Below are positions 1 through 15,000 of a stretch of 64,000 bases of DNA, one piece after another. The DNA lies in NCBI RefSeq assembly GCF_964204645.1, contig NC_134025.1:27012299-27076298 (forward strand). Direction: 5' to 3'. Positions within the stretch are counted from its first letter, which is position 1. Every line of letters starts with the position of its first letter. Source of the DNA: Tubulanus polymorphus. Its lineage: Eukaryota; Animalia; Nemertea. Below the pieces are notes generated by a model. That model worked only from the letters and a program-made list of their open reading frames with translations. It searched no databases and was not told the origin of the DNA. A program made the translations under genes and the position numbers.

Positions 1-3000
1 TCGAGCCATACACCAACAAGTGAAACAGCATATTTATTAGAAAGAATCTATCCTCCACAAATACAAACTCATTTACCCAAACTTTAATTCTTGAAGGATT
101 GCTCTAGAATCATAACGATTACATGTTACTCAGTAAGTTCGTATTGCTATTTATACCATTTTCTAGTTACACATTATTTAACTCACCTTAGCAATTGGAT
201 CTGAGATAAACTCTTTATTGGGATCGAGAGGAGTTGTGGGACTGGATTCAATTTCTTCGTCGCTTGCATCGTCGATTGTATTCTCGGTCATCTCTGAATC
301 GAGGTCCCTGCTCGATGCCGGATCTGAAGTTGTGCTGTCACTGTGTCGTAGGTTATTGCGACCACGTTTTAATTCCTCGGGCGACAAAGCGAAAACGTGA
401 AACGAGCTGTAAAGAAATACAGACAAATATATCAGTATTCAAACAGCCGTAGATCAAAGATTGGGTTTACCGGTACTCAATATATCACATTCTAATCCCT
501 CAACCTACTGACTAGCTGCTACTACGGAGCTCAAGGAAATATTTTCAATTCTTCATTCTGAGGCTGGGATTTAAAATCATTGTTAGAACATGAACCACGT
601 GTTTTATCAATGGTTATCACTGACAAGCACTTAGGGTATCATAGCCAGTCAGGGTTTCTATAAAATAACTATTTATTTTCAATAGCACCTGGCAACTGTG
701 TTTCACATTGGGTTGATTCAATGATAAATTTCACTTTACTTTTCAGTTTCTTCTTTCGTTTCTTCATCATCACTAGTCGGGTAATAAATCACTTGTTCAT
801 CGCTGTCGTCTGTGGCATTATCATCATCATCCTCATCATCGATTCCGGGGCTGTCGAGAAATCGTCTTCTACGAACTTCAGGATCACTGGCTCTATGAAC
901 CATCGACGGATTACCCTGAAATTCAACAATTTCGTTATACAAACATATGATGGATCGATACCTTGGATTTAGGTCCGAGTGTACTACAGCAGTTTCATAT
1001 TAACCTCTTCATTTGTCGTTCGATCATCTTTTTTAGCTCCCAAAGAAAAGAATTCCTCGTCGTCGTCATCTTCGTCTTCTAGTTGAATAATGGGAACATT
1101 TTTCTGCAAAAGGAGAGTTCAGACATGTATTAACTTACTCCCTAGAAGAGATTTTCCACCAAGTGAGTCTATTATTTCATACTTACTGGAGGTTGCTTGT
1201 TGGACGATAGAACCATAGTTTCTCTACGCATGACGTCGAGTTGACGACACTGATCTTGAAGCACTTCTGGTTCGACTGTAAATCTTCTTCTATCTGCAAT
1301 CACAATTGACATATTTGGTTACACCCTGTAAAGATTGAGATGGATTATTGTGACATACCCAGTACCAACCTTGTGCAGCAGAAAGCGTTAACGCGACTGA
1401 ATTGTTTTCGTCGATAGCGGACTTGATAACGATGCCTTCATTATCGACTCTTTGAGCCCAACGACCTTTCGGGGCTTGAGGACAGCTCATCGGTCCGTTC
1501 AGATCGATCTCTTCATGAAGTACCTGTAAATGAAATTACAATGTTCATTACATATTCAGGAATATGAGAGACCACTGGATAAGACATGTATCGTGCGAAC
1601 TGGAATGAGGGTCATGCAGATCGGGGCCACAAAACATATATCATTTCTTGGAAATTATAATATTATGACAATGTATTACTTTTAGTACATGTACATTAAT
1701 GTCATCGCATGCGTTCCGACATGTTTAAGCCATACATGCAATGATTGTTGTTAAATTTATATTTTACACGTAACTTTGACTTGATTATCAACTTTAAAAT
1801 GTATCGAATATAACCACTACATCCCTAATCCATAGCTATCGGAGACAAATTAAGACGTGTCCAATGAAATCATGATCGAAGCAATAGATTGAGTTGTTTT
1901 TCTAATCATATGAAATACCATCATTCTATCCCGTAAATTATCAGCGATATCATTGATTGAAAAGTGCAGTTATCAAATAAATAATCTGAGCCAAAGGTAA
2001 ACAAAAGGTTGAGAACAAGCATTCAGTATTGTGTACTTCAGACTCAGATGATGAGTTAAATCAACAAATTAATACCCATAACACATCCCGTCTCTGAAAG
2101 CACAACAAACATATATTAGACAAACCATCAACCTGAGCAATAATCCCTGTTCCAGTAATTTATTAACATGCAAACTGTGTACGAATTTATGAACCATTCT
2201 ATCATCAATAAGCTAAAGCTTGACAAAGTGTTTTTTGTTATAAGCAACGTTTCATAACTGACCCTCAATTATTCACTTGTTCAACCAAATCCTTTATAGT
2301 CATTAGGTACTTAGAGTGAGATATTTCGAATATGTAATAATTGAGAGTTGATTGGGCACAAACCTTATTCCACACAGATGTTGACTCGATACTAGATTGC
2401 GGTATTGATGCCTGGTGGGGTGAAGAAAGTAAACTTCAGTGTATAAACATGCTTAAAAAGCTAGCAATATTAATATGACATATCATAAACAGTTTTTTTA
2501 AGTGCTTCATCGTTTTGAGTGAATATTTCTCAAACCAAAGCAGAAATATATTCCAAGCTTTTAAGCAAGCACTTGTGTGACATTTTACTGTTTGTTATTT
2601 CTTTTTTTTTCCCAATTTACAAAATGACAAATATACATTTTTACATCTTACGAGTTGAACAAAGAATTTTAATGAATGAAACTACTCTAAAAGCGTACTT
2701 GAAGCTACATGAACAGAGGTGTAAATTATTTACAGGAGCAGATTCTGAAAACAGATGAAATGATAAAATTCATGCGGAATTTCATATTCACCGGAATATT
2801 CCTCTTACTCCTACTACTTAGTAATACAGATAAGTTGGATTTATTTGGAAATCTCTCTTCAAAAAGCTCAAACTTATCATATATTACTTTATTTCATTTA
2901 CCAAAAGATATCCTAAGATGGGGACTTTGCGTGGAAAATACCAAAACCATTGTGTGAAAGGAAATAATGACGATTTCATTGCAAAAACCTGCATCTTAAA

Positions 3001-6000
3001 TAATGAATGATGTAAAAATTTGAAATTTTCGTAAGATAAGTGAAAAAGATTTAAAATCCTGCACCATCGGAATGAACAAGCCCACCCATCATTTCTACGG
3101 TCACAGTTGAATGAACTACCTTAGTCAGACCTACGAGAACTTATTCTAAATGAAATAGCTGTAGGGGACTAATCCATCAGGAAAACCCACCTCAACTCAC
3201 AGTTACAGACATGAGGCAACCATGATGGGAGAAAACATGTGCATCAATAATATTTGTAGAACGGTGGTTGGTGTTAAAGAACTAGTATGGTACAAATGGT
3301 AGGTTAGGGAAACTATTATCATTATGTTGTGTATTTCATGGTTGCCCCAGTCCTAATAGGATCAGGATATGAATACAATGATTGAACAGAAGCGACGTAT
3401 CTGACGATGAATGTCAGAATAAGGGAATATTTGCAATATACATGAATGATATCTTACTCTGCGCTGGGCATAATCTGGTGATGAAATATGTCCTTTTAGT
3501 AACTGTAAATGAATATAAACATGCATTCAGGTTAGTTGCCTGCAGAACTTTCGAAGCATTTCATTTCAATTCTCTTCAACTGAAAACAGCGAGAATTATG
3601 AAATCTTTTTTTAGTGGCAGCAGTGTTCTGTTAGTTACAAAGCGTTCACCACTATTCCAATAGTTTTAGAAGTTCCGTATGTAAATAGGCAATATACAGA
3701 AATATACATAAAAAGCTGATAAGCCCCAGCAGTAGAGAACAACGCTATTCAAATTCTTTTTCAGTATTATGAAAATCTATATCACATGCTTCTAGTTCAG
3801 TTTTAAGACATACACCAAATGGCTTACACAAATTGGATTTATATTTAGTGGTTTAAATTGTGCTGCATGGCACCTTCCTAGTAGTCAAACCAGTAGTAAG
3901 CTATCAGAAGTAGAAAATAAAGAAATTTTATCCTGAAATCAAATCAGGGAAGGTTTTGCTGAAACTAAAAAATATAAAATAGCGCAACCAAAGATTTACT
4001 AAAAATATGTAACTTATATAATATAAAATATCATTAAGTCAGTCAGAATACTCAGTGTAGGATACAAAGTTATTGTTAATCAAGTCAACCCATTGAAATC
4101 TACAACTGAAAAATTATTTCAAATCCTAGATGATTTCAAATAGTTGTTCACGCACAGATCCTCGTTGAAATACAACCACAAAGGACAAACTTTCAATGGG
4201 TCAACGTAATGCTAAACACACAGACACACGCATGTGTGGGGAACTTACTGATCTAAAAGATGCCCTTCGCGGGGTACTATCAAGAGATTTTATCTGTAAG
4301 TCAAGGTTTTAAATGAGCGTAAACGGGAGAATAGAAAAACAGTGTGCGGCATCTCGAAAAACCGAACTCGGTGAAAAGGTCGTCACCATGCTATTATATA
4401 TCAGAGAAATACATATAAAACATCATTACGTAATAAATTGATCATCAATCAATCAATGAAATAAACAATATTCTCATCGACGTAACAAACAATATCGCAG
4501 TTTTTGCAGATTGTTAGTGCATTATTGCTGCGATGCCGAGGCAAGTAAAGCAGGCTTCAGCAAGGCAAGTAATATTGTTCATTCTGTAGTTGATAAATGA
4601 TGGCTCTGTTTAATCTACACCTAATACCTTGATGTGGCACTACAGAATACAACATCCAAATATCCCTAAACGTGTCAAATATATAATAAACTCAGTCTAT
4701 CCTGAATACAGCACCTGTTTTTTAGCCCAAGCTGGAAGCTGAGTCACATTGAAACTGTATTCCACATCTTCACCTTCGAGGGGAGTACGAGTAGGTGTAT
4801 TTGTGCTATTTGAAGGACGTTCGTAATGTTGAATCGGTATATCTACTTTCCTGAAAGAGATGAATTAGATTAACCATAATGCTGATAATTTTTTGTATGA
4901 ATTTGTGATTATTATTTCAGTTTTCAGTTCATTTACTTTTCTTCCATTTTCTGTTGCAATTTCTGTCCATCAGTTATATCCTGTTGTTTCAGAGCTTCTC
5001 TGCGCATTTTCATCTGTTCAGTGAATTCCGGATGTAACTTCCATATATAAATACAACTATAAAGAGACAGAGACAGAGTTGTTAGAGAATAAAATCATAC
5101 GCAAAACCTCATGAAATGTCTCGGTCGGGAAGATGTAAAGATCTTGAATGAACGTACCTATCACCCGCTACAGTAATCAGATGTTTCAGATCATTAGTAA
5201 ACTGAAGACCGGGTGCGATCTCAGAATGGGCGTACATCGACGCCACGCAATCCCCGGACATGAAATCTATGATCGATAGATTCTTATCGGAGCTGCTCGT
5301 AGCTGCGTATCTACCAGTCGGATCTAACTGTACTTTTACCAATGTACCGTCATCTCCCAGTGTACCTTTATAACATTTACGCTGTTTACCAGTGCGTACG
5401 TTGTATATCCTTGAGAACGGGAAAAAATATGTCAAGACTTCCAATTATGGTGTCAAATACTACTCATTCTTTGAGAATTGAAAACTACTTGAATCCTAAT
5501 ATCAGTAAATAAATAATGCAATATTGTATGAAGAAATGTAGGAACAAGGAGCTAAGGGTTGATTGATTACCTGATGTTTCGATCTTGGCAAGCAGTGGCA
5601 ACAAATCTATTTGTAGGATCTACACCCATGTCATACAGAGTTGTTTTTTCAGCTAGGTTGTGATTTAGTGAAAACTGTAATGTATCCGTCTCAGGATTCT
5701 GAAAAGAATACATTTAGATCATCAGTGCAACCAAAGAAGAAATCAAAACGCAAGCGAAGTAGTATTGATTTGCGAGTACGTGGACTTACAATCTGAGCTG
5801 TACGAAACAGAAGAGATTTGTCAGCTCCGCAGCTGAGCATCCTCAATTGGTTGTCATTACTAGCGAATCTCACAGCGGTAATACTGGCCGAATGATCATC
5901 TATAGTCTGCAGGAGCGTATAATCTTTCTTCACATCGAACACGTGAATCAAACGATCTCTACTGGCAGTAGCGAGCAATTGCATCGGATCTTCTAAAATT

Positions 6001-9000
6001 ATCCGAGAAATGAACGAAACTATAACATTTTACATTACTTAAGAATTGACTAGTTCTAGGAATTGTGGGCTGCTTACTCTGCTTCGAAACATTGTATTCT
6101 AAACATAGTACTTCACTATCGTGAGCTTCGATCAGGCACATCTCATTCATAAAGTGTAAACTGTGAATTCTTCAAGTAAAAACAGAATTTTAAGATTAAA
6201 ATCATTTTAAAATTAAGGCTGTAACGGTTTATAGCGTAAAACAAATGACATTTTTCAAACCTGATATTTCCGGTTCGGTCTCCTGATGCTAAATGACTTC
6301 CATCAGGACTGATTTTTATTGTGCGAATACCATTTTTACCGTCATACGAAGTGTCAGTTTTATCAGTTCCACCAGCTGAAAGAAATGAAGTTATCAATAG
6401 TTATTACCCGAACTAATTCATTCACTGACTGCGTATGTAATGATGAAATTAGAGGGACATACATACCTGGATTATAATCTACATCACAGATAAAGTTCAA
6501 ATCTTCATCAGTATAAATCACTTTTAATAAATCCTAGAAATCATTGAAATGCAGGCAATTAAAACTATTCATTCTACTGCTTAAAGTAATCAAATAAAAA
6601 AAGGCGAGTGGATGTTTAACTTACATTGCTATATATATTTCGTTTGAGCCCGGACTCAGCGTTCATGTGAGGATCGAGGTTCCAGATTCTGATCGTATCA
6701 TCACTAGAACAGGTCATGAATGTACCAGGAGGTAGCGCCGCCTTGCTCTCATCAGCCAGCTCAGGGTACGTCTAAAATTAGAACGAATCATTCTATGTAT
6801 ACGTCTTGCTATCGCTTGATCAGTTGTAATTGAGCAGAGAATAGTACAAACAATTACAGCGTAAGATTGAGAATAGAATTACTTCACGGAGAACCAGGAA
6901 CTGGCTTATCTCGAACGGATTTCTATTTCTCGTTACACTAAACAAAAGATAGTGTATTTTCTTTGAAACTGTTTTCTTACCTCGACGTTCCAAACGCAAT
7001 GACTATGATAAAGATAGGACTGAAATTTGCCGATCTTTTTCACATCTTTGATGTCCCATACGTATAAACTGTGGTCGGTATAAACGCAGGTCAATTTTTT
7101 ATTCGTGTTGTCATAACAGCAGGCAATCACATCGGGAAACTTAGCTGAATTACCGTGGGTCGTCATATGGCTGAAAAATCAACAGAATAGACATTGATTT
7201 TTGTTCTATTTCTAATAATAGACTATAGACTAATATGTCTGTCTGTTGAGGCATGTATTTTACCTGGGATCAAGGCCTGCAGCAATGTCTACTCCTATAT
7301 AGTGAGGACGTGGCAACGTAGCTAAGAAATGCAAAGTGTAAGGACTGAAAATGCGAACTATACCCTCAGCGCATCCGATGAATATGTGATTTTCACCGGT
7401 TGTAATACAATTGGCGCTTTTCGTCTGAAAATATAAGAACGAGAACCTATCAACCTTACTTAACAAACTAAACAAGAAATAGGTTAAATGTTACCAATAG
7501 ATTTCCTATACATCCTCCTATTGACATTAACAGATGCACTTCATCATTTTTATCACCGATATAAAAATAGGATTCATAGTCAGGAGTTCAAATTACAGTG
7601 AAACAGTCATTAAACATGACGGTAGGGAGCTTTAATATTTAAACAATCATCTTCACTTTGGAAATAGAAATCATGCCAGCAGTTCTTGAAAATGAATTGA
7701 TATGAAGTAACCACAAGATGAGCGGAGAGTTTTTCAATTAAACGAGAAAATGATACTTTATGACTCACCCGTAATTCAACCCATTTATCGAGTAGCCGTT
7801 TGTCATTGAATTCGCACAATAATCCCGACTGCGTTATACAGTATGTACTTTCACTATTTTCACCCTTTCCACAAGCCACATCCGTGAAGTAGTTGTTTCT
7901 CTGTTCGCCCAATATTCCCGAGCGTCCATTAAGCACCGCAGTTTCTTTTATCTAAAATATTACGATTAACATCAAAATTAACTTACGATAATCCTTTTTG
8001 ATAAAAAAAATAAAAAAATATCTGCATAACATGCATACTTATATTGATTCCTGTTAGTGTTGAGCGATGTGAATTTGATAGCGAGTGAATGAATTTGATA
8101 TTTTTAATTCAAACTTAATTAGTGTTAAATTACAAATTCCACGAACTAGAGCATCAAATATACAGTTGTAATTGATTTGAATGTCCGTGCTGTATTCGCT
8201 ATTAGAGCTATGATGAGTTATGATAGCCGAATAATGTCTGTTTTTGATAAAATCGTTACTCACCCTAGACTTTGTTGCAACTAAGTACCAAAATTTAACA
8301 TGCCGATTGCCTACTGTGACGAAATAACTACCATCTTGAGAAAATGCAACATTATTGACCTGTAAGATAATTCATAATTCTAGATCAGTCATTTTCTCAT
8401 TGAGTTAAGAATTTTTTTCTTTTTTTGAAGGGTACAATTTTTTTCATATAGGAAAAAATGGGGTATCATATGTTTGGTAAAAAGAAAGCCTTTTTTCACT
8501 CGAATAAAGCTTGTGGGTAAATAAACCACACATCTAGATCGCGTTCACAAAATTTTCTAAAACTTTCGCTCCTCAATTAGCTCTTATATTTGCACAGCGC
8601 TCAGAGGCTAAGAACTCTATTTCCTCGAGTTGAATGAGAGCTTCTTATTCAATAAGACCTGGTTTTTTTCAGTGTTATTCGAACACTTGTTTCTACGAAG
8701 CAAACGTACAATCAGTAACACACAGACAGGAAGCTGTTGCACGGATGACATTATATTTCTGGTGGATGTGGTATAATAAAGGAGCGGTCAAATATGACAT
8801 AGAAATTTGTCAAATTATGAATACCCAAAGCGACCAAACCCTACAACATAAAGATTTTAGCGGCATATGATTTTTTTGCTGTGTGTCGGTATTAATCGGT
8901 TCCCATGATCGTGACATTAATGTGTGGCGCTTCGGAAGGTTCTAAAATACATATCTGTCAAGTACTGACGACAACATTTTGTTCGTTTGTTACAAATTTC

Positions 9001-12000
9001 CTCATAAATCATTTCAAAAGAAAAGCGTACACACACAATACGAATACATAGTTTACAATACGTAGTATTGACTTCAACGGAGTTAAGCAGTACTTCTAAC
9101 AGGTAGACGGGAAATATATCTCAACAACCTCATAAAACCTCGATGAACGCAAACATCAAATGAAAACTTCCGTCAATTGAACTGTTTCCGATGAGTAATC
9201 ATGTCGAACGTGCAATAACAAAATCGTCAAAGTAGCGCGTGAAGGATATCAATTAATCTAAACCTAAAACTGTCTTTTCATAAGGATCGGCTCCCGGATT
9301 ATCAAAACTGTCAACACATCCGATCAAAAATCTTTTGGCCGTAACACGTCGGATTTCATGCCTACTCTATAAACTTTCATGTATTTTAGGCAATAAGTTG
9401 ATATTGGCAGCGAGATACCATCTGCCACCGCGTTAACTAAAATTGATTTTATTTTTACAGATACATACATAGGATATAGATATTCGTTGTAACGTTATAA
9501 CGTCATTAATTCACGTCGTGGTATTAGCGATTAAATTGATCGCATCGAGAAGATTAACACACAAATTTTCAGGTCCATTAAGCTTTAGAATGAAAGGCGC
9601 AAACACTAAAACTGTTGATAGCGTTCTTAGTTAAAATTTATGGAAAACTTATGAAACGTATTTCGAAGCGCAGTTACTGAGGGCTTAAAGCGTTACAACA
9701 GGGTGGCCACTTTCTACCATTTTACAAATTCCCCCCAGTTTTCCCTGATTTTTCCATGTAACAACACAAAATTCCCCCTGAGTGAATGCAAGAAATTTCT
9801 AGGTTTAAAACGCCACAGTAGAATCTATTCATTTCTAATGAATTGCGTATTGATAAAGAAACCAGTGGATAATAACATCCAAATTCTCTGAGTTTTCCCT
9901 GATTTTTTTTTTTCTGATTCCCTGAGTTTTGCAGGTCAGTGGCCAACCCCTGCACTAGTCAGACGCCAAATGAGCCACAACTGGAGCTCATTTGTGTCTC
10001 AAAATGGTAACTAGCCTAATATTGCACCAATGTCATTACAAATCATTGAATTCTGAAATTCGGTACTCAAGACATAGTTCGGTTGTATTTTTTCAGTGAA
10101 TGATTATAGTACATTAATGACGCAAGTCATAAAAGGAAGGAACATAGACGCGAGTCATAATAATACTGCGCGAAACATAACCTGAGGGTAAAATTGAAGT
10201 CGATAATATCAGTGAACTATTTATTATCTAGCCGCGTATTAGTCGACACTTTTTGAAAACTGTATTAGTTTCAAGCTGTGAAAATGGTCGCGTTTCACAA
10301 TGAATATCGGCTTTGAAAACATGACTGAACTATAATGTCTGCAAATTTGATACAGAATACACTTTTTAAACGACTCACAAATACGGTAATTACCGGTCCC
10401 CAACGATTGTTAATCATTCTCCTATATAAACATTCGTCGACGAGACTTAAGAAACGTTTTTCAATCGCTAAAAAGGATAAGGCAATTTAGTTCAATAAGT
10501 ACTTTGGCAATAAGCCAATATTACCAATACGTCGCTTGGTATTCTGCTTGGTATTCTTCTTATGGGTTGGGATGAATTTTTTCTACTTTCACTCAATGGT
10601 GTGTAACAAACCCTCCTAATTCTTTTAGGTTTGTTTCTAATCCGGCTGCCTCGGGAGAAAGTTTAAGATTTCTAGGAAATTAGTCGAAATAAGACGCGTT
10701 GACAGAACTATCGCGTTGAAAGGTTTAATAGACGTCCTGTGAATCCATGTTTGAGGACTCAAAGAATCACCATGCTGTTCGCGTGTACACTTGAGTTTTT
10801 TTTATATATTTAGAACAACTTCTACTACGTATACAACTCTGCTTGACAGAATTCCACGGCGAAAAAAATTTTCCTTCAAATCCTAAATCGAAGCCTGACA
10901 TTACCATACCACATGTAAGACCAATAACATAATGAAATCACAACAAACAGCCACTCCAACTTATTATACCAGCTACAAAATGCTTTCAGAAGTTTAACAA
11001 ATGGCTAATAAAAGGTTATCGAAATCACGAGGCATTTACTGCTAATGAGAAATAATAAACTATGCTTCAACTGAACAGGGTCACAATTAATTACTATAAT
11101 AACATTAACCTTATAATAATCGTCTTACGGAACTGTACTTCTTCTGAATGACCACTGGCCAAAGTAAAACGAGCACCATAACAGCGGACACGAGCCCTGG
11201 GAAATTCAGTTATCTGAATTGCAATCTTTTTGAGTTCAGTTCCAATTTCTTTTTTGAAGTTACCCACATACTTTGATTCGCGTTGATTTACACGACAAGG
11301 TGACAATGTCGCTCATTAAGGATTAACGAGAATCAAAAGCACTGATTGAACAGATATAGGTCGAGGCTATAAAGAAAATCTATCAGCGAAACTATGTTAA
11401 TTATAACGTTTACTAATCAAAAAAAAAATAATGCACCGGTCATTTATCAACATATGCCTGGATTCAACAGGAATTTCTTCTACAGTCTTTGATTAAAATC
11501 ACAGAAATATAAATCTCGACTAAGCCTCAATGCCACTAAAATATGTGACAAAAAGTGTTTTTCAATTCACCATTGTCCAAGTATACAAACATACGCATTA
11601 AACACTGCCTATTAAAACGTAAAGTATGTGACAGAATAGCCCGGTATATCAGAGAGATTGTCTGATGTCTAGAGATAATTTTTGCTGAATAGCCGATAAA
11701 TTACCGTTCGTACACTGTATTGATCGGGATAGGAGGTTACGTTTTGAGGACGATACTTACTTTCGCTGACACTTTATTCGAAGCGAATTTAGTATTGGCT
11801 CTCCAGTTCCATACATTCACCATCATATCATGTTGGGATCCGATGGAAACGATGTGTTTCATGTTGGGTGAAAATGCCTGAAATTCGGATTTAAACGATG
11901 TACAATCGATAGACAGTGGTGGGGAAAACAACCTGAAAGGGAATTCGTGTTAACGTCTGTAAACAAGGCAAATTGATTTGCATCAGTGTAGGCTAATACA

Positions 12001-15000
12001 GGAACGGATCCAGGCCGAAAAAAGGGGTTCACCTAACATGAAAAGAGCAATCTTAGTCATGGTGCAAGTGTCTTGCAGGAGGGTAATGTCTTGGAGTCCT
12101 CCCTCAGTAAAATTATAAAAATTTAGGTACAGTTTTATTTTATCTTAATGCATATTAGATCAAGATCAGCACAGGAGATTAGCCTGTATCAAGTGGATTT
12201 TCAAAAGGGCATCACATAGTGAACCAGCATCAACATGCAACGTGTTCCTTACCACGCAATTAATACCGAACTTATGTCCAGCAAATTCCGCGACAACATT
12301 CTTCTCTTCCATATCCCAAACACGGACATGTGGCTGGTGTCCACACTGAAATAAAACAAAATATATGATGTCATCTTCAAATTAACATTACATCACTAGG
12401 AAAAAAACCATTGTTTTGGTTACTTAATTCACGATAGTTTCCAATTAACCGGATTTTTATATTCGAAACAATTGTCATACACAATTTAGACATCCAGGTT
12501 AGGTTACAATTACACATCATTAGGTCAGAATTAATAGTCTCACATATTAACAAATGACGAAGAAGTGATAGAAATATATTCTATAATTTCGAAGTAAATA
12601 TCGGTAGGTTTTTTGTTAGTAATTTGCCAAAAAAAATACAACAATTTTTTCATATAAGGAGATTACTCTGTGTACACGTACAGATCGTATTTTGTTTTAC
12701 TGCAATGAAATGATAACCGACATATCTAGATGATAACAGGTCCAGGGTCGGATAGAATCAGACAACATAATAACGTTAACCATGCAAAAACATCAGCTTC
12801 AGTTACGCATTCTGAATACAGTATTTCATAGTTCATCGAAACTTAAAAAGTGATCAGTGAAAAAAGTGATGAAAACAATGTCTAGTTTTAAATCACGTGA
12901 AGCTTATCATTCGCGGAACGCTTTAATGCATTCAAAAGAAATGATTGAAAGATATGAATGTTTCTTCTTCGCAAAAACAAATCAGTCTCAGAAACACGGA
13001 TCAAATGTTCAAGGTGAGATTATTTTGCACTGAGAACGAGCTGAGAATATGTACAATTTTATAACTGTTTGCAATACCAGTAGATGAAGCATGCTATTTA
13101 TACAGAATGGACCGTCTGGGAAATCTATGCCTGACCTTTCAGTTCAAATGTTTCAGTACATATCGGTTTAATCTTAAAACGCTTTAAGCAAGAACATATT
13201 CAGAGCATGATTGAGACATGACTGGTGACAATAAAGAAAACTCTGTAGTAAAATTTACCTAAAATTTCTGCCGAGTTTGTTTTGTTAATAGTTACTGATA
13301 TGCATTTCAATGTCTTGAACTTTCAAAAGCAAAGCCAAGAATTCAGTGAGTATTTGTGTTCATTTCGGGCGAGATCACGGAACAAAAGACAGCTCAATAC
13401 AAGTATAAACAGTATTCGCGTGAGATGAAAGTGAAACAATGTTAGGTTATTTCAACAGTTGGTAGATTTCCCTGGTAAACAGCACCTATTTTAGAAGGTG
13501 ATTTTGCCGAGAATACCCGTATACCGACACAATTAGCAATGTTGGCAAAACAGGGGACCTCGTAAACTGTATCATAAAACGATACAGTTTAGTAATAACA
13601 TTTGTTTCGCTTCTTGAGATAAATGCGGAAGAAATAGATAATTTTGTTTCTTTCGAGCAGTGGAAAGATCGAATTCCCAGGGAAATCTAGCCAGTTGCGC
13701 TCAGTCAGTTGCGGCGTGTAATATATACAAACCTTTAAACTCCTGCAATTTTTCTACGAAAAACATATCGCGGATGAACATGTTAAATTTGAAACGTTTC
13801 TAACACTGAAATTCGTAAATTTAACCATGCTGCTGCGGATATCAACGGAACTCCTTACCTCTCCAGTGACAACATATTTGCCATCAGGTGATATACACAC
13901 TGCCGATATTGACTTTTTAACTGTGTTTATGATATGACTTTGTCGATTTTTCCTCGCGTTCAGAAAAATGAGTACACATCTGAAAATAGAACGATAACGA
14001 TAAATGAATAGATCACTTCGGAAATAATTCAAGAGATGATAAATTCAAGTACATGTAGTAGGAATGATAGCGATTACGGGATACTACTCCAATCTACGGA
14101 CTGATTGACAGGGTACTGACCTAGCCTGGGTAATGGTTTTAATTCAAGTTTTGAATCTAACATGAAAACTATTTCAGGTTAAGAGGGTTTGATAAATGTG
14201 TCCTGCTTGAGAAATTCGCTGAAATATTCACAAGATAAAGTGAGCCGGTAAAAATGATATAACAAACATCTTTATTCTATTCTGATGGCGAGACTGAAAT
14301 TCTGTCTGAGACGCATGAGACAAGAATTGCAGTAAATGGATTTTAAAAAGTTGCCAGACACAATATTTCTTGACGATCTTAAAAAGAGACTTTCGGCCTG
14401 CCAAGACAAATTCATGGATTGTTCCGTTTCAATGAAAAACCGCACGATTACAACGAAAAACTTTCTAAGAAATAACAAAGAAAATATTATTGAAAGAAAC
14501 AGGATTTTAATGTTAAACGTTTCTTTTAAAAAGAGAAAATTCAAATAATTGCGTCACTGAAATCAGGCGGGGATTAGTGTGTACGGTAGGTAGTGTATTC
14601 ACTGCTAGAATGCCGAAGAAATGTGAATTTCAGAGACAAGTTACAAAGAACCGATAACTTTATAAACACGCCTCAAATATAGAATACAATGTTCGTTTTA
14701 AATTCAAACCTCACGGAATAAAACGTCTCCATTATAACCATTAAACACCTTGCATTGTGCGCCAGGAAAAAAGTGTCGTCTTTCTAGGAAATTTCCACGC
14801 AAAAAAGTCCGCCATATCGCCGACTGTTGTATAGAATTTAGCGCTAGAAAAACATCGGAATAATAAACCGTGTCTGAGGCGTTTCGAAATTTATCAAATA
14901 AACCAAATCATCCGGAATAATACGCGAACTTAGAAGAACTTCATTAAACCAACAACTTTCTAAAGTCTACAGTCGATTCAGACGATTATACTTCACAGAC

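Noticed and set aside
2790-2885. Another possible MAPKBP1 cassette exon ([11 protein letters not shown]..)
   Set aside because: Weak donor, an in-frame stop just upstream and no suitable acceptor.
11999-12130. caggaacggatccagg.. MITE-like start
   Set aside because: No matching right end or TSD found; too degenerate to call.
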